A stretch of DNA of 64,000 bases from Cycas panzhihuaensis. Lineage: Eukaryota; Plantae; Cycadophyta. Both the position numbers and the translations under genes were made by a program. Below the pieces are notes generated by a model. That model was not told where the DNA came from. It was given only the letters and a program-made list of their open reading frames with translations, and did not search any database. The stretch covers positions 246,519,741 to 246,583,740 of the forward strand of contig CM041465.1 of assembly GCA_023213395.1 (NCBI GenBank). Reading direction: 5' to 3'. Positions 55,745 to 64,000 of the stretch are shown here, piece after piece (the stretch's first letter is position 1; each line of letters opens with the position of its first letter).

Positions 55745-56132
55745 TATTAAAACATAATGTTTAATATTGGTTCATATATTTGGTTAAGTATTTCCCTTAA
55801 CTCTCATAGGTACTTTTTATTGTATTATTAAAATGTATGCATGTGAAGTACACCTATTCATGTAATCATCCCATTGGTGGAAATAAGGGTTCTTGCATCT
55901 TATTGGTCAAGTATAAGGTCAAATGTACTACAAGTATGTATTTATACATAATACAATAATTTGGAAGGTGATCATTTTCCCACATCTTTGTTGTATTATG
56001 TTATGTACATACTTTATCTTCCATTTGTTTCATTTATCATTTTATCATTTTAATACCTTATACTTGTATCATAGTTTTGATTCATAATTTTATTGTGATT
56101 TCAAAAGTAATCTTTGAATCTATGTTTTAAAA
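55745..56132 (+). repeat. 5' LTR of C-outer
   Basis: Aligns with 56556-56943 and 59174-59561. Confidence 0.9.
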
Positions 56133-56555
56133 TGGTATCAAAACAAGGTTGAATCTAAGTCGTTATGGCGAGGTGAAGATCCTATAAATCAAAATCTTGA
56201 GTCTATTTTGAGCCTATCCAAGAACCTATAGAAGAAGAGATTCAAGCCCATAGATCATTAATCGATCATTCTTGGAGTGATGGTCACTTATTGAAGCTAT
56301 TTTTCCATGGAAAATGAATGAAGCTCTTGTTCTATATACACATAAAATCCTAGTCAACTATGACTATCTATTGCTTATTATGATGGTTACAAAGTTGTCT
56401 AGATGTCATAGATACATGCTCTTAACCAGCAGTAGATGCATTAAAGTATATACAATCTAAGAAGTAAAGGAGCTATCATTTGGCAACCACTGACTAAATT
56501 CTAAAATAATGCACCAACAGAAAGATTGATTAAGCCATGCAACCTTTGCTTATAC

Positions 56556-59500
56556 TATTAAAATATAATGTTTAATGTTGATTTATGTATCTTGTTAAGT
56601 GCCCACCTTAACTCTCATAGGTATTTTTTAATTATGATATTCAGATGTATACATGTGAAGCATACTTATTTATGTAAATGTCCTCATTAGTGGACTTAAG
56701 GGTTCTATCATCCTATTGAACAAGTATGAGGTCAAATGTACTATAAGCATGTATTCATACCTAATGTAATAATTTGAAAGATGATCATTTTTCCATATCC
56801 TTGTTGTATTAGGTTTTGTACATACTTAATCTTTCTTTTGTTCATTTATCATTTTATCTTTAATCATCATACTTGTATCATAGTTTCAATTCATATTTTC
56901 ATTATAGTTTCAAAGATAATATTTGAAACTCGATGTTTTATTATGGTATCAAAGCTGGGCTCAGTCCAAGCTGCTATGGTGGGGTGAAGATCCTATCAAT
57001 CAAATTTTTTAGCCTATTTATAAGTTGTTCAGGAACTTGTAGAAGAAAGGAACTCTCACCTAAAGATCTACTTTAGATCATTAATTGATCATGCATAAAG
57101 ATCTGTAGACTATCCAATGCATAGTTGATTCATTCTCACGGTGTATAGTAGTTGAATGCCTCACACTCTAACATGAACTTCACAAGGAATATTGGTAGAA
57201 ATGCCTTGGTTCCATGGATCATGCTCGAGATGAAGCTCTGTTATTGACTATGCATGCCCTAAATCCATAACCATTGAAATGCCCTTACTAGTAGTCCTGT
57301 TGCATACCCAAGGAGTTTTAAATACCTTACTAACCATTTTTAGTTGCATGTTTATAGTACAAATTTTCTTAATCTCAAATCCCTCCACAAGGACTTGTGA
57401 GCAAACTTTGTTCGAGATAACAGTGGGATTCTTGGAATAAAGAGTAGGATACAATGTGACAGTGATCCTCCTAAAAAATAAGGAGAATTTTAGAAATGGT
57501 GAACTTTATTAGTCATATTCTAGGGAAGGATTGGTCTATAGGCATGATCCTATCTGTAAGCCTAACCATCCTCTAGAATTCCTTTTAAAACACCTTAGTT
57601 AAGATTTGGCTGGCATGTTGTTTGTAGAGCCAACAAATACCCTACCACCATGATGGAGATCATGCCCAAATGTGCCATAGAACTACCTTAATATATGTAA
57701 TTCCAAAGGAGAACCCTCACCATGCCTCGACAAAGAATATAAATAGTCGTTCACCATCACAAAGCTTACTATTTAATAACTACCCATCGAAAAGTTATTT
57801 TCACATTGTATAGCCATAGTAGCTTCCGTAGCACAAACTAAAAAAAGCTCTGGTATCGGTAAATTTAGAGACATCTATCGAAGATCTAGCCACACAACCA
57901 CATTTATGGAGCCCTCATCATTGTCACACCTATTATGTAATCAATGGAATTATGGATGCATCACATAGGTGTCGCAGTAGAGATTTCAATTTTTTTTAAG
58001 ATTAAATAATTATTTGCTACAAAAATTCATCATGTTGGTAAACAAAATTGATAGAATTATATATATTTTATTTACAGATGAATTATTTATAAATAATTTT
58101 TTTAACCCTAAAAAAATTTGTATATAGTTTGTTTGATTTAATCAAATTAAATAAATTTTTAGTTCTAGGGGCATTATTTTGCTATTAGTAGGTGGTCATA
58201 TGGTGAATCTATATGACTCTAGGCTAAACCCCAAGAGGATAGATTTTAAATTTTAATAAATAATTTTGAATTTTTTTTTTTTAATTTAAAATTTTAGTAT
58301 TTTCTAAAATTTGCCACATATTTTTAAAAGGGTGTGCACTTTTCTATGGGTTATTGGCACTTTTTCTTCCATAACATTTCATAAGAGTATCAGAATTCAG
58401 TTCCATGAGTTGTGTTGGATTCATTATTTTGAGATAGTCAAAATGGGTCGTCACATGACATACTTCAAAATTCATAGGGCTAGCATTTTAATCCCTAAAG
58501 TTCATGTAAATATTTAAAACTTTAAAAAAAGTGTATTGCATGATAATTTTTAGATTTGATTGTACATATTTTGGAGTTTTTCAGTATTTCTTATAATATG
58601 ATGATATTATTTTCATATTTGAAAGAAAGAATAAGTATGTTTGGTTTAAATTTAAGCAAAAAATACTTATGTTTTACAGTTTAAAGACTCTTAAGAACCC
58701 CTTTCTACACTTATAAGAGTACTTTACTATAAAATCACATCTTGTACTTGCTTGTTGGTAGCTATATTATTGATTTTTAATAGATGATACTTCATAAGAG
58801 CATATTTCCTACTCTTACCTTTGAAGGAACCATAAATTGGTTACCTCAAAGGAGAATGAAGGAGCCATAAATTGGTTACCTTAAATATGGATGTCACTAC
58901 TTTAATACTCAACTCATTTTCCAAGTAGAATTGTTCTCAAAATGAAGTTAATTATTTAATTAAACCATGTATCTAATGGAGGTTTCTATTGAACTAGCAG
59001 TTGCAATCACGGGTTACCCATGCATTTTGGTAGATGGATTTTTCTTTATATGGATTCCAAAAGAATTCATTTGCAGCTTACACATACAACTAGTACCATT
59101 TGGAGCTAATCTTTATTTGTTCTAGTATTTTTCTACATAATATACATATATTACATTAAACATTATAGGGGGATATTAAAACATAATGTTTAATATTGAT
59201 TTATGTATCTTGTTAAGTGTCCTCCTTAATTGTCATGGGTATTTTTTAATTGTGATATTGAGATGTGTGCATGTGAAGCACACTTATTTATGTAAATGTT
59301 TCCATTAGTGGACTTAAGGGTTCTGTCATCCTATTGGTTAAGTATGAGGTCAAATGTACTATAAGTATGTATTTGTGCCTAATGCTATAATTTGGAAGGT
59401 GATTATTTTCCTATATCATTATTGTATTAGGTTTTATATATACTTCATATTTCTTTTATTCATTTATCATTTTATCTTTAATCCTCATACTTGTCTCACA

Positions 59501-59561
59501 GTTTCAATTTATATTTCCATTATAGTTTCAAAGCTAATCTTTGAAACCCTATGTTTTATCA
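56556..59561 (+). mobile_element. Element C-inner: complete 3006-bp non-coding LTR element (LARD/large TRIM-like)
   Basis: 388-bp LTRs at 56556-56943 and 59174-59561, perfect TSD TATAC (56551-56555 / 59562-59566), PBS TGGTATCAAAGC (56944-56955), PPT AGGGGGA (59167-59173). No gag/pol motifs recognised. Confidence 0.94.
58823..58885 (+). repeat. Two-copy 34-bp tandem repeat in the family C 3' internal region (decayed counterpart at ~60858-60920)
   Basis: GAAGGARCCATAAATTGGTTACCTYAAA occurs twice. Confidence 0.85.
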
Positions 59562-61212
59562 TATACTAGTTGTTGCTTGAAGAATTTATATAGATGAAGG
59601 TTTATCTATCATTATGCCATCATTAAGAGGAATACCCTATTGAAAGAAGTCAATGGGTGTTGAATCATTAAAAATTATAGCCTTTAAGCAATGAAGATCG
59701 TTATTCAAAGACATGCACCAACTAGAACAGAACATGCATTAAACTCCTCTTACACATACCAACAATGAACTACCACATGATTGTTATGATGCATGGTAGA
59801 TCGTATGAAGAAAATCCACTAATATAGCTCCATATTGCATGAAGATCAACATAGAGAAATACATGATGCTCAAAGTTTGCCTTATGCGCAATGACTTAAA
59901 GATTATGGTAGAACCCTTTAAATGGGCCACCACGCCAATAAATCTCTAGTCACCCATTGTTCATGAAGTATATAGCTAGAGATATAGAGCAAATGAAAGG
60001 AGCTTGTAGAGCTAGATCACCACTGATGGATATCCTTATATAAAATAGGGCCATTGGAGAGCCAGATCACTGTGCATTGCCCTAAATTAGTCAAACATTT
60101 TGCATAATATAAATTTGGTTCATGTGATATCACCGTGTATTATCTTTGATCGAATGTTTTATATAATACAAATCTATTTTTTGTTCTCATGATATTTTGT
60201 AGGTAAAAAAAAATTCTGAATCCTAAAAAATTTTACATTTAAAATTTTAAATTTAATTATTTTGGGATACTTTTTGAGATTCGGTCGTCGCCCTAACATA
60301 TCAGTAGAAGGACATACGGTCAATCCATATGACTAAGGGGCTAAGCAACAAAGGGGTTAAAGAGATTTCTCATTTTTTCATGGTACCCTATCATATTTTT
60401 GTCTCATAACTTTTCACATGAATATTGGATTTCAGTGTCATCGATTATGTTGAATTCATTATTTTGAGATGGTCAAAATGAGTGGTCACAAGGCATGGTT
60501 TAGAATTTAAATGCCTATTATTTTAATTAGTAAAGTTTATACAAATGCATAAAAGTTCTTTAAAAATACATTACATGATAGTTTTCAGATCTAATTTCAT
60601 ATATCCTATAGTTTTTCAACATTCTTAATAGCATGGCGATATTATTTTTATATTTAAAAGTAAGAAATAGAATGTTTAGTATAAATTTAAAAAAAATTAT
60701 TTAGTTTTTATAGTTTAAAGGCTTTTAGGAACCCCTTCCTACACTTATGAGAGCTCTTTGCTACAAAATCACATCTGGTATTTACTTACTAGTAGTTATA
60801 TTATTGATTTGTAGTAGATGATGCTTCATAAAAGCATATATCCTACTCATATCCTTAAAGGAACTACAAATTGGTTATCTCAAATAATAATGAAATATCC
60901 ATAACTTGGTTGCCTCAAACTTAAATATAGTTGCTTTGGTACTAAACTCATTTGCTAGGTAGACTTATTCCCAAAATGAAGTTAACTATTTGATTGTACC
61001 ATGTATCCGAAGGAGGTTCTTATTCAACTAGTAGTTGTAGTGGCTGGTTACCCATGTATTCTAGTAGATGTATCTTTCTTCATATAACTTCAATAAATTT
61101 TTCTTGCAGCTTATAAATATAACTAGTACCATTTGAAGCTAATCTTTATTAACTCCAATATCTTTCTATATAATGTATGTATGTGACATTAAACATTATG
61201 GAAGGATATTAA

Positions 61213-61619
61213 TGAAGGAACAAATATGCTTGCAAACTAACATGTTAGAACATATATCAAATAAGTATAAACTAGTATTGCATTAATACAGCAATGTATC
61301 ACCATTACAATAGCATAAACACATGAGAGCCTTGTTGTTCAATCCATTATAGTAGAATGAGTATTACAAATCTTCCTCAAAAGTATGTGGTGTCTAAAGA
61401 CACCAGGATTGTACACCCCTTAACATTTATAGTTTGGGGGAGGAGGGAAACTCCTCAACCCCTGAATTTAAATTAATAATAAAATAATACTAGCTTAACT
61501 CAAATGAAACTAACTCAACTTACCTTAACTTACCTTGACATGTTGAGCATCACATGTCTAAATTGAGGTGCACAATCCCGTAGGTAAGAGGGAGTTGAGT
61601 GATGACATTACACCCAACA
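61213..61619 (-). repeat. 3' LTR of B (407 bp)
   Basis: The minus strand reads TGTTGGGTGT...TTCCTTCA and shares blocks such as AATTCAGGGGTTGAGGAGTTTCCCTCCT with the A LTRs. Confidence 0.92.
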
Positions 61620-61703
61620 TTCTCCCCTTAATGTCGGACGAACACTTGTATCTTTTCCTTGAACTTGTGGGCAGTACTTGAAAAAAACTTTGAAATTCCA
61701 ATC

Positions 61704-62315
61704 TTAATCTTTGTCAATGCTTCTCACCCTTATAGTCACATATATCTCTTTATTATAGAATGATGTAGGAAGACTATAGGTAGATGAAACTTGATGCAAA
61801 AGTAGATGAATAGCTATAATTTGGACTTGAACTTTTGTACTCTTTATGCTTTGAATAGTTGTCATATCACCAGGTTCATTCTTCGTTATGTCATAAGATT
61901 CGTCTTCATGCTCCCCGTCAAATGGAGGATCAAATCCTTGTGCAACAAGGTGGTTCTGCATTTGATCTGAATCCTCATGGGTGTTGTCGTCATGATCTAT
62001 CTGTTCTGTTACCTGTGTCACATGCTCATCAAAAGTTTCGTCAAATACATTTGGGGTATCTCCCCCATAAATAGAAATCAATAAATCCCAAACAGACTTA
62101 GAAGTTGTTAATTCAGAAACTAGTGAAAAGACATCATCAGTCATAGTGCAAAATAATAAACCTAACACTTCATTGTCTTTTCTAAAATTTTCTTTAAGGC
62201 TAAGGTCACATTCATGTTGTAAATACTTCAAAAGATCACATTCAATAAAGTAAGTGTGCATAGTATCATACCATAGTGAATAGTTATGACCATCAAAAAT
62301 AGGGAATTGTGCCAT
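61704..62315 (-). CDS. gag: Mini-gag ORF of B (203 aa): copia Gag N-terminal half plus acidic linker; longest ORF in the window
   Basis: 77/119 identical residues (65%), gap-free, to ORF 36936-37295. Motifs PIFDGHNYSLW, DLLKYL and TSKSVWDLLISIYGG. Confidence 0.85.
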   Translation of the reverse strand: MAQFPIFDGHNYSLWYDTMHTYFIECDLLKYLQHECDLSLKENFRKDNEVLGLLFCTMTDDVFSLVSELTTSKSVWDLLISIYGGDTPNVFDETFDEHVTQVTEQIDHDDNTHEDSDQMQNHLVAQGFDPPFDGEHEDESYDITKNEPGDMTTIQSIKSTKVQVQIIAIHLLLHQVSSTYSLPTSFYNKEIYVTIRVRSIDKD

Positions 62316-63608
62316 TTTGAAAGTAATTTAATCAATAAAAAAATGATATTTGAACGCAAACTTAAAAAACTTTTCACTTATGCAAGACTTGAAATAAACT
62401 TTTGAGCATAAAAAGATACCAATTTCTCAAATGAGTAATGTAAATCTTCAATGTAAAAGAAACTTTTTGTATAAGAACAACTTTCCTTGAGGAAAAATAT
62501 ATATTGCCTTATAAATAATTTCTGGTTCAAAACAATATAAAATGCTTGTAGAAAGATCAAGCAGAAACATGAGTAAACAAGGAAATATGAACTAGAATTT
62601 TCTTTACAAATTTTTGAAAGAAGACAAGCTTGTTAGGATGTATATATATACTTAACTTTAACATATTGAAAACTATATTGAATGAGGTCAGAATAGCTTA
62701 AAATTTTATCAATATGTAGATTGCTGAGATGTGAATCCAATAAAATAGACGGTTTTGAAAATGGATACCAATAAATCACGTTTTGAATGAGGCAAAGGAA
62801 TGGACCTCCTTATGGAGCCTAACAGGAGCAGGGTAGGCAAAAATTACATAAAAATACTAATTAATCCTTAGAAAAGTTGAACAAATGATCAAATATTATT
62901 GATGAAGTAATTAATATTCTGCCAATTGAAAATTTTGAAAGAATATATTAAACAGGTGTAAAAAAAAAAAGATTTAGGCCAATAAAATACCTCAACTTTA
63001 GCTGATTTGAAATATAAGAAAAATGTGTCAAAATATATGGAAAAATATATCACAATGAAGAGAAATGAGTCAGCTTCCCAACGGTTTGAAATGAAATCTG
63101 ATAAAAATTGTAAAAGTTATAGTGAAAAATGTAACAAGTGTCTTTATGGAGAATGTTCAAGAAATAGGCAAAAAACAACTAAATTTCTTATTTCAGTGAT
63201 TAAAATATTAGTGAGAATGAACTAAAAAAATTAAAGTAAAAAATGGGTATTAAAGTCTATATGAAGTAGATCACTATAGAAAAAATTCGGACACAAAACA
63301 GTTTACCAAAAATAAATGACAGCCAATTCTAAAACCGATTTTATTAAAAATATAAAAAACGCTGAAATTTCGAAAGTCCAATGTTAAAAAGGTCGAAACA
63401 AGGTCAAATGGGCACCAAATTGGTCTTATGACCAGTTGAAATCAATCTACGAAAAATTTCTGATCTATTGGCGCAGGTTTCGTCTGAAACTGATGAGCCA
63501 AATAGAAGTTATGGCCTCAAAAGCGCCAATAACCCTATGGAAAAAATAAAATTTTTAAAAAATAAAGTTTAAAATTGAAAAAACTTCTTTAAAAAGCGGG
63601 TCTGAAGA

Positions 63609-63682
63609 TGAACTGAGCTGGGATTGAACCTAAGACCACCAGGATAATGAAAACCTCTGATGCCAGGAGGGTGAACTCGCTC
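63609..63682 (-). other. tRNA-like unit (74 nt) with Pol III boxes inside the leader of B
   Basis: The minus strand reads GAGCGAG..CTC-CTGGCATCA-GAG..GTGGTCTTA-GGTTCAATCCC-AG-CTCAGTTC-A, then TTTTT about 14 nt downstream. No anticodon stem. Confidence 0.55.
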
Positions 63683-64000
63683 GTCAGGTTTAAAAACAGA
63701 ACTTAAAACCTTTAAACCGAATTTTAAAAAGACATATAATAAATAATCAGATTTTAAATATAGGGTTTAATGAACCAACAACTATAATAATAAATACAAG
63801 ATTTTATGAACCGAATATAATAGTCAGGCAAAACTGAATACTCGGAAAGTATATAAAAAATGCAACGCATATAATGATACAATGCGTAAACGCCAATGGG
63901 ATAATACCACAAGGTATAATATATAAACTCACAAAGCGGTAATAATGACTGAATATAAAGATGAAATGGGCAGTTACAATGGACTGCACGCCAATGAAAT

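Larger units (their letters stand above)
55745..61212 (+). mobile_element. Element C-outer: non-coding LTR element, interrupted by C-inner; its 3' LTR is cut after 6 bp by element B
   Basis: 5' LTR at 55745-~56132, PBS TGGTATCAAAAC (56133-56144). The 3' internal region 60300-61206 aligns with 58190-59173. PPT GGAAGGA (61200-61206) is followed by TATTAA (61207-61212). Confidence 0.85.
61213..64000 (-). mobile_element. Element B: non-autonomous mini-gag LTR element of the same family as A; 5' part lies beyond the window
   Basis: 3' LTR 61213-61619 is homologous to the A LTRs. PPT TAAGGGGAGAA (61620-61630). The ORF is homologous to that of A, and leader 62600-63600 aligns with A 35620-36620. 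Confidence 0.93.

Noticed and set aside
60325-60360. piggyBac-like end (AAAGGGGTTAA with a subterminal palindrome)
   Set aside because: No matching opposite end or transposase, and the homologous site in C-inner lacks TTAA.

Overview
AT-rich (roughly 30% GC by eye), CpG-depleted plant nuclear DNA made almost entirely of nested, decayed LTR retrotransposons. I found no host gene, rRNA, intact tRNA or CRISPR array. Element types and heavy C>T/G>A decay suggest a large gymnosperm-type genome (inference). Left to right: a CRM-like Ty3/gypsy remnant (1-1761, -); 5'-truncated copia K (1762-~6470, -); an unclassified stretch with three tRNA-shaped units about 169 bp apart (9578-9984); gypsy J (+); a 128-bp foldback junction (16063-16439); gypsy I (-), interrupted by full-length copia D (19549-25736). 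Gypsy F (-, ~26390-54000) is interrupted by deleted copia E (27116-31404), non-autonomous element A (33556-38099) and copia G (38836-50939), which itself carries Tnt1/Tork-like copia H (44614-49824). A non-coding LTR family C is nested inside itself (55745-61212), and its outer 3' LTR is hit 6 bp in by element B (61213->64000, -), a diverged relative of A. Most notable: (1) A and B keep one ~230-250 codon ORF joining only the N-terminal half of copia Gag to an acidic linker and a Pol-tail-like end; (2) tRNA-like, Pol III box-bearing units lie inside non-coding retroelement DNA; (3) a hairpin/T-tract/CCATAAC module is shared by families A/B and C. All coordinates and alignments were read by eye, and lineage names rest on motif recall, not database searches.
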